64,000 nt of DNA, taken from Octopus sinensis (lineage: Eukaryota). The stretch spans positions 59,842,464 through 59,906,463 of the forward strand of contig NC_043011.1 in NCBI RefSeq assembly GCF_006345805.1, in the 5' to 3' direction. This document shows, in pieces, positions 24,287 to 35,431 of the stretch. The position numbers and the translations under genes were made by a program. Below the pieces are notes generated by a model. That model had not been told where the DNA came from, made no database searches, and saw only the letters and a list, made by a program, of their open reading frames with translations. Numbering within the stretch: the stretch's first letter is position 1; each line of letters begins with the position of its first letter.

Positions 24287-24547
24287 GCTATAAGTAAATA
24301 TTACAAGTCACTTTGTTCAATGCTTTAATGAAGCAGCCAACCCATTTCCATAGCAACATCGACAACAAATGCTTAGAAACCAATTGCAAGCAAGCATGAT
24401 CTGGTAGTGGCATGGGGCATAATTCGACAAAGGCTTTAAGTAGCAATGTAGTAGGGAGGAGATGTAGGTATCCCCTCAGCCCTTTCATATTTGACCTGGT
24501 AAAATACTGAAGGTGTGACAGCTAAAGAGAGATGGAGGGAGAGAAAA

Positions 24548-24589
<42 letters not shown>

Positions 24590-24830
24590 CTGCATCAGGA
24601 GTTGGCTGAGGAAACTGGAGCAACTCAAAATGCAAAATGATGATCCTTGCTCAGGGACACAATACATTGCTCAGTCCTCAAATTGAACCTTATGATCACG
24701 TGCTAAACATCCTTAACACTAGGCTTCTCACCTTCACATAAAGGCACAGCAACAACAACCACAACAACATCATTTACGTTATTTACATTATTTACATTTG
24801 ATGGATATTTGTCCTCATCTTGTTTGTTGT

Positions 24831-24877
24831 TAACAGAATGTTTCGGCTGATATACCCTCCAGCCTTCATCAGGTGTC
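24831..24877 (-). ncRNA. Minimal type I hammerhead ribozyme motif, mutated in stems III and I
   Basis: GACAC-CTGATGA-A-GGCTG-GAGGGTATAT-CAGCC-GAAA-CA-TT-CTGTT. Confidence 0.65.
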
Positions 24878-24920
24878 GTGGGGAAATTTCGAACCTGGGT
24901 TCTCATTTTGATGTTGTTGC

Positions 24921-24969
<49 letters not shown>

Positions 24970-24972
<3 letters not shown>

Positions 24973-25345
24973 TAGTTTTATTTTTATAGCGTGCTTTCAC
25001 TTCACTACCGAGCACAGCTCTGTGTGCCTTGGGTATGTGCTGTGATTTGTTGTGATGCTCTGATGGTTATTGTATGGAAAGTGTTCTGCGTAGGATGTGT
25101 GCAGTGCCTAGTAGTGCAATTTTCTGTATGTTATATGTGTTTGTAAGTCCTGGTGTTTTTGTTATGTATTTGTCTGAATATTTTTTTATCATGCCTAATG
25201 CACCTACTATGATAGGAATTGTTTCTGTTTTCAGATTCCACATTCTAGTTACCTCTATTTCCAGGTCTTTGTATTTTGAGAGTTTCTCCATTTCTTTTAG
25301 AGACACGTTGTCATCTGCCGGTATTGATACATCAATTAGAAAGCA
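24970..25345 (-). mobile_element. 5'-truncated R4/Dong-clade LINE: restriction-like endonuclease C-terminus plus 3' UTR, inserted in (TAA)n
   Basis: CFLIDVSIPADDNVSLKEMEKLSKYKDLEIEVTRMWNLKTETIPIIVGALG..QKIALLGTAHILRRTL, open to a stop at 25067; (TAA)n on both sides, the known Dong target. Confidence 0.85.
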
Positions 25346-25402
25346 TATTATTATTATTATTATTATCATTATTATTATTATTATATTATTATTATTATTA
25401 TC

Positions 25403-25433
<31 letters not shown>

Positions 25434-25528
25434 TCATTATTATTAATATTATTATTCAGGTCACTGCCTGGAATCAAACTCGGAATCTATGGGTTTGTAG
25501 CCCATGCTCTTAACCACTACGCCATATG

Positions 25529-25770
25529 TTACTAACCCAAGTTTCTGAGTTTGATTCCAGGCAGTGACCTGAATAATAATAATAGTAATAATAATGATAA
25601 TAATAATAATAACAGCAGCAACATCAAAAAATACCTTACAAATGAGAAATGAGGTTCGAACTTTCCCCAAGACACCTGATGAAGGCTGGAGGGTATATCA
25701 GCCGAAACGTTGTGTTAACAACAAACAAGATGAGGACAAATATCCGTCAAATGTAAATAATGTAAATAAT
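25529..25770 (+). mobile_element. tRNA-headed SINE-like element with hammerhead motif (copy 2, A box missing)
   Basis: GAGTTTGATTCCAGGCAGTGACCTG, (TAA)n, body, tail (TGTAAATAA)2; inverted relative to copy 1. Confidence 0.8.
25671..25716 (+). ncRNA. Minimal type I hammerhead ribozyme, intact core
   Basis: Stem I GACAC/GTGTT, CTGATGA 25676-25682, stem II GGCTG/CAGCC, GAAA 25704-25707, palindromic ACGT stem III, GUU cleavage triplet. Confidence 0.8.
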
Positions 25771-26279
25771 TCCTCATCTCTTAAATATAGAACTGTATTA
25801 GCCACAACAGCAACAATAATTAATGAATGCATGAATTAATTGTTAATTTGCTCAATGAAAACTGATATTAGGTGTTAGAAGCAATAATTTTAAACAGAAA
25901 ACAGCAACTGACCCACTGACAGGACTTGATTTATTGGGTTATTTTTCATGCCAAATATTGAATTAATATGGCTGTTGGTCGACAAATCATATAATATTTA
26001 TATATGTAGAATAAATTTATCCTGTGCACATTGACAAGACAATTATCATGTAGAGATAATGTAGCATACTTAGATGGGGGGGGGAGAGGAGGAGCAACTA
26101 ACAGGTATTCTCTAGTGTAATCAGTTATGTGGTCACCAGCAACCAAAAGAAAACTAGGTGGATCTGTCATCTATAAGTTTCTGTTTAAAATTAATGCTTG
26201 CAATATCTAATAATAATAATAATAATATAATAATAATAATATAATAATAATAATAATAATATCAATAATAATAATAATA

Positions 26280-26677
26280 TTCATTTGTATTATACGCACA
26301 AGGCCTGAAAGTTTTAGGGTGGGGGCCAGTTGATTAGACCGACCCCAGTACGCAACTGGTATTTAATTCTTCAACCCCAAAATATTGAAAGACAAAGTTG
26401 ACCTCGGCAGAATTTGAACTCAGAATGTTGTGGCAGATGAAATACCTATTTCTTCATTACCCACAAGGGGCTAAACACAGGGAACAAACACGGACAGACA
26501 AACGGATTAAGTTGATTACATCGACCCAAGTGCATAACTGGTACTTAATATATCGTCCCTGAAAGGATGAAAGGCAAAGTCGACCTCAGCAGAACTTGAA
26601 CTCAAAACGCAACAGCAGATGAAATACAGCTACGCATTTTGCCCGGTGTGCTAACGTTTCTGCCAGTTCACCACCTT
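26280..26677 (-). mobile_element. Dimeric SINE family B element; first monomer ends in the ORF1-element-type tail
   Basis: Two head/central modules joined at ATTTCTTCATTACCCACAAGGGG (26447-26470); ends in a (TTA)n tract. Confidence 0.8.
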
Positions 26678-26681
26678 AATG

Positions 26682-26713
<32 letters not shown>

Positions 26714-27169
26714 CCTTTAAGATAAAAGATGGGCTACAGCCAATATTCTGCCCAATACCACAGGTTTGCTTCACTGCAACTAGTTGAGTATGTCTCTTAA
26801 TGGCTGACGATATGTGCATTTCATGAACAGAAGTTGTGGGGAAGCATCATAGCCATGAGTTGAGAGGAATTCTTTGGGGTTTGTATAACAATTGGGGTGT
26901 TTCATTCATCATCCTTAAGCAAGCCTTATTCAGAGGCCTTTTGAGCGGGATGAGCGACTCAAACTGAAGAAAATTGTAACAGGGCCCTATCTGCAAGGTC
27001 ATGCACTGTTTATCATGGTATGAGATCACCATGTCACGCACATATGGTCGGGATGCATGTGCCTGGTGTACCGTTATCAGACGGGTAGTCATGATGGGTA
27101 TATTGGGCTTTGTATATTTTACCCGTGTCACTTTGATGGCATGCACTGCTCTCTCTCTCTCCCTCAATA

Positions 27170-27792
27170 ATCCTTTCTACTATAGGCACAAAGCCTGAAA
27201 TTGGTGAGGGGGTAGTTGATTACTTCAACCCTGGTACTCAACCGGTACTTATTTCATCGACCCAAAAAGATAAAAGGCAAAATCAACCATGGCAGGATTT
27301 GAATTCAAAACACAAAGATGGATGAAACATTGCTAAGCATTTGATGGCTTCAAATTTTGGCACAAGGCCAGTAATTTTGGAGGTGGGCTTTAAGTTGATA
27401 TCATTGCTCAGCAAGTACTTATTTATCAACCCCACTAAAAAAATGAAAGGCAAAGTCGAGATTTTGGAAGAATTTGAACTCAGAATGTTAAGACAGATGA
27501 AATGCTGATTAGCGTTTTGTCTGGCATACTAAAGATTTTGCCAAATTACCATTTTGATAACTATAATGGTTTCAAATTTTGGCACAAGGCCAGCAATTTC
27601 TTTTTGGTGTTGGGTGGAGGGGAAGTTGATTTCATTGACCCCCCAGTGCACAGCTGCTACTAAGTTTATTGACCCTGAAAGGATGAAATTCAAAATCAAC
27701 CTTGGTGGGATTTGAACTCAGAACGTAAAGACAGACAGAATGTGCTAAACAGTTTGCTTGACATGCTAATGGTTCTGCCAGCTCCCTGCCTT
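27170..27792 (-). mobile_element. Tandem cluster of three SINE family B copies
   Basis: Repeated GGCACAAGGCC..TACTTATTT..AAAGGCAAA..TTTGAACTCAG modules. Confidence 0.8.
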
Positions 27793-28089
27793 AATAATGA
27801 AGGGTTTTCCCCATTGAAGACAATGAATGGGAGTTCAGCTTTTACCGAATGACCTGCACAAATCATTTGTTTATAGGGATCGAATGCATGTGATGTACAA
27901 TCGACGTTACCTGAACAGGTGCACTGTGTACCACATGCCAGGTGTGAAAGTGAGTGATCATAGGGCAATGTGAGATGAAGTGCTTTGCCTAGAAATGCAA
28001 CACACCACACCGCCCAGTCGAGGAATTGAAACCACGATCTCACAATTGTGAGTGCAACACCTTAACCACTAGGCCATGCATCGTCACAC

Positions 28090-28288
28090 TCTTTTATTCT
28101 TGTTTGTTTCAGTCATTTGACTGTGGCCATGCTGGAGCACCACCTTTAGTCGAGCAAATCGAATCCAGGACTTATTCTTTGTAAGCCTAGTACTTATTCT
28201 ATCGGTCTCTTGCCAAACTGCTAAGTTACGTAAACGTAAACACACCAGCATTGGTTGTCAAGCAATAGTGGGGAGACAAACACAGACA

Positions 28289-28327
<39 letters not shown>

Positions 28328-28782
28328 TTTAGGGAATATTATTCCAAACTTACAGGGAAAAATTAAATTTAGAAATACTAAATCAAATTTCACAAAATAT
28401 AATATGTGGCACCTTGGTCAAGTGTCTTCTATTATAGCCTTGAGCCAACCAAATGAGAAAAAAACACCTTTTATCAATTCAACAATGAAAACATTAAATC
28501 ATACCATATAGAAAAAAATTACATCCTAAAGAAAAAATTAAATATAAGATAAAAACATATTCCAATGATTAAGTAATGAGCAAAAAACGTATATATATAT
28601 ATATATATTTATATATACAACAGGCTTCTTTCAATTTTCGTCTACCAATCCACTCACAAGGCTTTGGTTGGCTCAAGGCAATAATAGAAGACACTTGACC
28701 AAGGTGTCACACAGTGGGACTGAACCTGGAACCATGTGGTTGGTAAGGAAGCTACGTACCACACAGCCACTTCTGCGCCTAA
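28090..28782 (-). mobile_element. SINE family A copy split by AT-rich inserted sequence
   Basis: Tail at 28090-28290 and head at 28620-28782, both reverse complements of family A. Confidence 0.8.
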
Positions 28783-29147
28783 TAATAATAATCATCATCG
28801 TTTAACATCCGTTTTTCATGCTGGCATGGGTTGGACAGTTTGACTGGGAACTGGCAAGCCAGGAGGCTGAACCAGGCTCCAATCTGATCTGGTTGCCCTT
28901 CCTAACATCAACTACTCCGAGTGTGTAGTGAGTGCTTTTTATGTGCCACCAGCATTGGAGCCAGTCAGGCAGGTCTGGCATCGATCAGGTTCAAATAGTG
29001 CTCTTTACGTGGCCACTGGCAGAAGAGGCAGTCGGGGTGGGGGTGGGGGGCTGGCATGAACCACATAGTCGGGGTGCGGGAGAGGGGCTGGCCAGCATCG
29101 ACCACTTAATAACATTAATAATAAAATTCATTTAAAATAAATCAAAT

Positions 29148-29540
29148 AGGTGTAGGAGTGGCTGTGCGGTAAGTAGCTTGCTTACGAGCCACATGGTTCC
29201 GGGTTCGTCCCACTGCGTGGCACCTTGGGCAAGTGTCTTCTACTATAGCCTCAGGCCAACCAAAGCCTTGTGAGTGGATTTGGTAGACGGAAACTGAAAG
29301 AAGCCCTTCATATATATGTGAATGCGTGTGAGTGTGTCAGTGTTTACCTTGCCCCCCAACATTGTTTGACATGTGATGCTGGTTTGTTTACATCCCCATA
29401 ACTTAGCGGTTCAGCAAAAAGTGACCGATAGAATAAGTGCTAAGTTTACAAAGAATAAGTCCCGGGGGCGATTTGCTCGACTAAAAGGCGGTGCTCCAGC
29501 ATGGCCGCAGTCAAATGACTGAAACAAGTGAAAGTGAAAG
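29148..29540 (+). mobile_element. SINE family A, near full length
   Basis: GGAGTGGCTGTGCGGTAAG, GGTTCGTCCC, CACCTTGGGCAAGTGTCTT (CORE-like), tail GGTGCTCCAGCATGGCCGCAGTCAAATGACTGAAAC. Confidence 0.9.
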
Positions 29541-30256
29541 AAAAATAAACAACAACCAAAAACAAAAAAAAAACAAAAATGAAATACAAAAGAATTCTTG
29601 CAATTCTAGCTTGTTGTGTAAATTTATTGGGTGAAAATAATTACAACCATCAACGGTCAATACAAGTTATAAATATTCAAAGAAAAAAAAATAACAACAA
29701 CAACAAACCCACAAAGGCAGGTGTTTCTGGTGGAATGTTGTAACAGTAACTCTGACATGGTCAGTACAGTGCTGGTCAATGCTTTGTGTCTTTTTTTTTT
29801 TGAGTTTTCTTTTTTGCTTTTGTCATTTTTTTGCTTTGTTATTTTTCGAAGTTAATTTTTTTTGGTAATGTTTTTTACTTCTTTTTTTTTGTTTTTTTTT
29901 TTTAAATTTCACAGGAAGAATTTATTTACTCCAGTAGGACATGGACATAAATGTGCGCTAGCAGAAGGAAAGGAGGAGTGTTTCAGAGAAAGAGAGAGAG
30001 AGAGGAGAGCTGATTAAAAATCAGTGAAGGAGGGGAAAAAAAAGATGTCGAAGAAAGTTTTTCTGAAATATTCAAAACTAGAGCAACGCAAAATCAGAAT
30101 CATAAATCTAATTTGTTTTTCCTGTCCCTTGTCCTACTTTCTTAGCCAATTTAAGCCATATAAAAATCATCATGATGACACACACCTTTAAAAAAAATAA
30201 AAAGCCAGTGGATTCTTTCTATCCTTTGCATTCCAATAATAACAATAATAATAATA

Positions 30257-31290
30257 GTTTCAAATTTTGGCACAAGGCCAGCAATTTCGTGGGGGAGGGC
30301 AAGTCAATTATATCGATCCTAGTATTAAACTTGTACTTATATTATCAACCCCTGAAAGGACGAAAGGCAAAAATCGACCTCAGTGGAATTTGAACTCAGA
30401 ATGTAGAGACAGACAAAATGCCGCTAAGCATTTTTGCACAGCATGTTAACGATTCTGTCAACTTGCCACCTTAATAATAATAATGATAACAATGGTTTCA
30501 AATTTTGGCACAAGGCCAGCAGTTTCTAAGGAGGAGGCAATCCACTTGCTCCCTCCCCCGCATACTGACGGTTCTGCTAGCTCTTGCCATTTTTGGCAAA
30601 GTTGACCTCAGCGGAATTCAAACTCAGAACATTCAAGAGAAGTAGGCAAAACATTATTTCGGATTCTTTAACAATTCTGCCAGTTTACCGCCTTAATGAT
30701 CTCAAATTTTGGAACAAGGTTAGGAATTTTAGAGGGAGGGCTTTAGTCAATGTTATCAACCCCAGTATTTTACTGGTATTTTATCTTCTCAAGTCCATAA
30801 GGATGAAAGGCAAGTTGACCTTGTTGAGATTTCACCTCACATCATAAGATGGAACTTAATGCTTATATGGCATTTTATCCAATGATTGAATAATTCTCCC
30901 AATCTACTGCCCAATGGTAATAATAATAATAATAATAATAACCCTTTCTTCGATAGGCACAAGGTCCAAAATCCCGGGCAAGGGGCTTAGTCAGTTACAT
31001 CAACTCCAGTGCTCAACTGGTCCTTATTTTACCAACCCCTGAAGGGATGAAAGGCAAAGTCAACCTTGGTGGAATCTGAACTCAGAATGTAAAGACAGAC
31101 GAAACGCCACCAAACATTAAAGATTCTGCCAGCTTGCCTCTCTCTTGGTTTCAAATTTTGGCACAAGGCCAGCAAATTTAGGGGCGGGAGGGGGGTAAGT
31201 CGATTGCATTGACACCCCCCACCCGTGCTCAACTGGTACTTATTTTATCGACCCCCAAAAGGAAGAAAGTCAAAGTCGACCTTAGCAGAG
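30257..31290 (-). mobile_element. Tandem array of about 5 SINE family B copies separated by (TAA)n
   Basis: Repeated TTCAAATTTTGGCACAAGGCCAGC..GGATGAAAGGCAAAGTC..GAACTCAGAA modules. Confidence 0.8.
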
Positions 31291-31292
31291 TA

Positions 31293-31344
<52 letters not shown>

Positions 31345-31429
31345 TAGTGCATTATAGTGTCAGAATTCATTCAGCATATGTGAAGTGGTGGCACATTTCA
31401 CTACCTTAATATACAAAGAAGACCAATGC

Positions 31430-31489
<60 letters not shown>

Positions 31490-32356
31490 TATATATACAC
31501 ACATTCATATATATAAATGTATATGAATATATTATATACCAGTAACTATTCAGTTATGCCACATTGCTGATGGAAGAAACAAATAAAAACAAGAAGAGAT
31601 TATAGGAGTGTTAGTTAATTAGTTGTGATAGAAGCAGTGTGACAGAAGACAATTAAACAAAAGATAATAATAATCAGCATTGATTGGTACAAATAATTGG
31701 TTTTAGATTTGAAAGAAAGAAACAGATGCAAACTGGCATTCTTTTATTTATTGTAGATATAATTTTTGTGTGTGTGTGTGTATATTTTAAAATTTTTTCT
31801 ATTTTCACAAACATTTTTTTTTGGACATTATTATTTTATTTTTTTTTTTTTTGAGGTAACGAAAGGTTTCACAAAGTAAAATAAAATATTTGTAAGATCA
31901 AATTTGATTTTGTTTTATAGATACATTTTTTTTTTAATATGTAAAAATAAAGATACCAAAGAAAATTGTTAGGAAAAAAAATAAAAACCCAAACAGGAAA
32001 CTGTGTTAGTTTTTTTTTTTTGCTTTATTTAAAATTTTTTTTGCAAGATATGTAAGTTGGTGATTTAGAGACACAAATCATGAGCTTATCTACATCAATT
32101 GGTGAAGGCTTGGAGAAGAGGGAGAAGGGGAAGGGGGAAATCACAATATTTTGGTAAATCATTTACAAAGTTATAAAATACAGAGGCCCATATTATTTTG
32201 GGGAAAGGGGTTATAACTAAAAATCAAATTAAATCAAAGTGTATGTGTGTGAATGCACATTATATATATATATACATATATATATATATACCCACATGCA
32301 CCTCTGATAGTTGGATGGATTAGAACAGTAAAAAAAAATTTTCAGGGGAAATAAAA

Positions 32357-32392
<36 letters not shown>

Positions 32393-33068
32393 TATTACTC
32401 TCATTAATATTATTACTGTCATCATTATTATTAATATATATTTATTTCTTTTCAGCATATTGTTAGTTTTGGAAATAAGCTAAAGAAGTGTGAAGACATT
32501 GATTGTAGAACAAGTTCAGTTCGAAAGAACAAAAACCAAAAAAAAAAAAAAAAGAGAAGGGGAATCACTCATTCAAAATTGTCTTAAAATACTCCATTGA
32601 ACAAAGCAACTAGTCCATACTTTTGGTGAATATGACAACAACATGGGGGTAGGTTTGTTTCAAAAAATATTTTTGAATAGAAGATTCTTTTTATTCAGTG
32701 AGTATCACCGACACAATATTTATGTATTAAAATGGAGTAGTTTTTGGTGAAGCATTGTGTGATATTACGTTAAAGAGACTTGGATACGGCTGGAACAATG
32801 CAAGAAGATATAAAAGAAACTACAAAAAGCAAAAAAAAAAAAGAAAGTTGTAGTTTTACTGAAGGCAAAACTATAACTTAGATTTGTTTTCTTTTTTGCA
32901 GTTTATTATAAATATTTATATATATGTGTGTGCGTGTGTGTGTATACATGTATGTATATATATATATATATATGAAATTACATGATTGTACTGATTATTT
33001 TATACTACACACAATAATATTCAGAAAAACTTAGTATAAGAATTTATACATGAATACACACACACACA

Positions 33069-33103
<35 letters not shown>

Positions 33104-34822
33104 CAAAATTATACAGTGTGTATAATATGTGTATATATTTGTTATATGTGTGTGTAAGCAAGAGTACCAACATTACATGAGTAAAATGAATATGTATACA
33201 CTTCTATCTTTGTATGTTTTGAAAAACACACACACACACACATTTGTTTGCAACATGTATTGAAAACATGACACTGCTCAATTTAATTTTTCCTTAATCC
33301 TCTTTTTTCATAAATGTCCCCTGCATTTCATTTGGAACACTGTTCCTAAATCATGTTCATAAGTTCTTTTAACTTCTCTCAACTTCCCCTCATTTATTCA
33401 GACGCATTATTTCACCCCCCCCTCTTTTACCTTCCCAATCTCTCCTGCTAACAATGTTACCCTGTTGTCTTTCCATACTTGACCACGTTCAACATGTCTA
33501 GACTTTTCTTGAAAGGGGCTGGTACCTTACATATAGTATAAACCCCTTCATATTTCTTAAAGGCAAATGTGGTTTGTGTAGACTTGGATACTGGATTATC
33601 ATACAGGTTTTATATGTTGTTAGCTGTGTGTTTATTTAATTTCTATAAGTACTTGTGTTGTGATTAATTGTCTGTTTTTGTTGGGGAATTATTTATACTA
33701 TGAAAGTATTGTCCACGAATGTTTTCCTGTTATGTTTAGTTTTCTGCTGTGTAGAATAGTGTTGCAAATGCTTTTTGTGGTGAATGCATAGTGAGCGCCT
33801 ATGGGAGAGATAGAATTGTAATTGTATGGCCGATGTAGCCATAAGAGTGAAGAAGCTTAAAACTCACATAGTTACAACTAAATTGCTAAATCCCCACTTC
33901 AGTCATTTTTTACTAGTTCTTAGGTTTACATGTTTATGGTTTGTTGTTGATAAGGAGCTTTGTGTGAAATTAGTGTTGCTTTATACTTTGGCATGATACA
34001 TTTTATGTTGTTTTATGAAATTTTGATAATGTGTTCATCTCTTCCATTGTTAATATACATTGGTGCCATACAATACAAATCCCTTCCCCTTTCTCCTCTA
34101 TATTTCCCTTCCTTTATAACGTCCACTCTGTGATTCTCTTCATTTTCACTCTCCTACAACAATAAACCTGTTCTTCTCATCTCCTCTCGTCCAAAGTCAT
34201 CACTTTCTCTCATTCTCCTATTTCCATTTCAGTTGTGGCGAAAGTAATAAGACAACCTTACTAAAAAGCATTTAGTGTATTTCATACAAGTACTTGGCAT
34301 TCAGAAAGGCATCCAGCCATTGAAACCATGCCAAAACTGAGGTGCACTGGGGTATAACACAACTCACCAGTTAGTCAGATGATGCAAAATCAAAAAACAA
34401 TAACAGAAATGTAATGTTTGATGAATTTGTATCGTAGTATCCTCATCCTTTAATGTTTGCTTTCCATGGGTTGGACAGTTTGATCAGAGCTAGCAAGCTA
34501 GAGAGCTACAAGACGTTTAAGTCTATATTTCTGAAGCTTCATTTATTTGCTGTTAAAATATTTGTTACTAATTAGGGCTTTTTATTATTCTGTATTTTTC
34601 TTTTATCTATTGCTTTGATTGCGAAAGGGAATATAATTGCTTTGAAGTGTAAGGATTTTAATACTGACATTTTATATCAGAGAGAATATTCACCATCTTT
34701 GTGTAAAAGCATTATTTGTGTTTCTGCAGGTGTAATACTTCGTATCAACCTAGATGTTTATACTTAGAAATGAGATTACATTCGTATTTCTCTGTAATTT
34801 CAGTATGAGTTTGTTTTCTACA

Positions 34823-35431
34823 TCTTATAATTTCTAAATGTATTTTAGTGTGTCCCATTGCAACAAGCAACAAGCATCATCCACATAATTGGCAATGCTT
34901 GATGTTTGTATTTAAATACTACTTTGTTCCCTATGGGTCCAGATCAGTGGCTCTCTCAACTACAGTTTCCAGGGCCACATGTGACCATCAAGCATCCTTC
35001 TGCTGGATTCCCCCTTTAAATATAATAAATTTTCCTTTACTTGACTTGTATTTTACTTTTTGTGGTGTGGCCCCTTAAAGCCATCCAGATTTTGGATTTA
35101 TCCTTGTTATTAAAAAGGTCATCTTCTTATAATTTCTAAATGTATTTTACTGTGTCCCATTGCAACAAGCAACAAGCAACAAGCATCATCCACATAATTG
35201 GCAATGCTTGATGTTTGTATTTAAATACTGCTTTGTTCCCTATGGGTCCAGATCAGTGGCTCTCTCAACTACAGTTTCCAGGGCCACATGTGGCCATCAA
35301 GCATCCTTCTGCTGGCTTCCCCCTTTAAATATAATAAATTTTCTTTAACTTGACTTGTATTTTACTTTTTGTGGTGTGGCCCCTTAAAGCCATCCAGATT
35401 TTGGATTTATCCTTGTTGTTAAAAAGGTCAT
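34823..35431. repeat. Recent tandem duplication of about 300 bp
   Basis: 34823-35122 and 35125-35431 nearly identical; copy 2 has one extra GCAACAA. Confidence 0.95.

Larger units (their letters stand above)
24771..25528 (-). mobile_element. tRNA-headed SINE-like element with hammerhead motif (copy 1), interrupted by an R4/Dong insertion
   Basis: Head 25457-25528 (TGGCGTAGTGG A box, ATGGG-CTACAAA-CCCAT anticodon arm, GAGTTTGATTCC B box), (TAA)n, body 24771-24925 homologous to 25610-25770. Confidence 0.8.

Noticed and set aside
25457-25528. Genuine tRNA gene
   Set aside because: No convincing acceptor stem or T-run terminator; continues into a repeat body, so it is a SINE head
25074-25535. 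153-aa membrane-protein-like ORF
   Set aside because: Antisense of the Dong fragment plus an (ATT)n-encoded poly-I/L run
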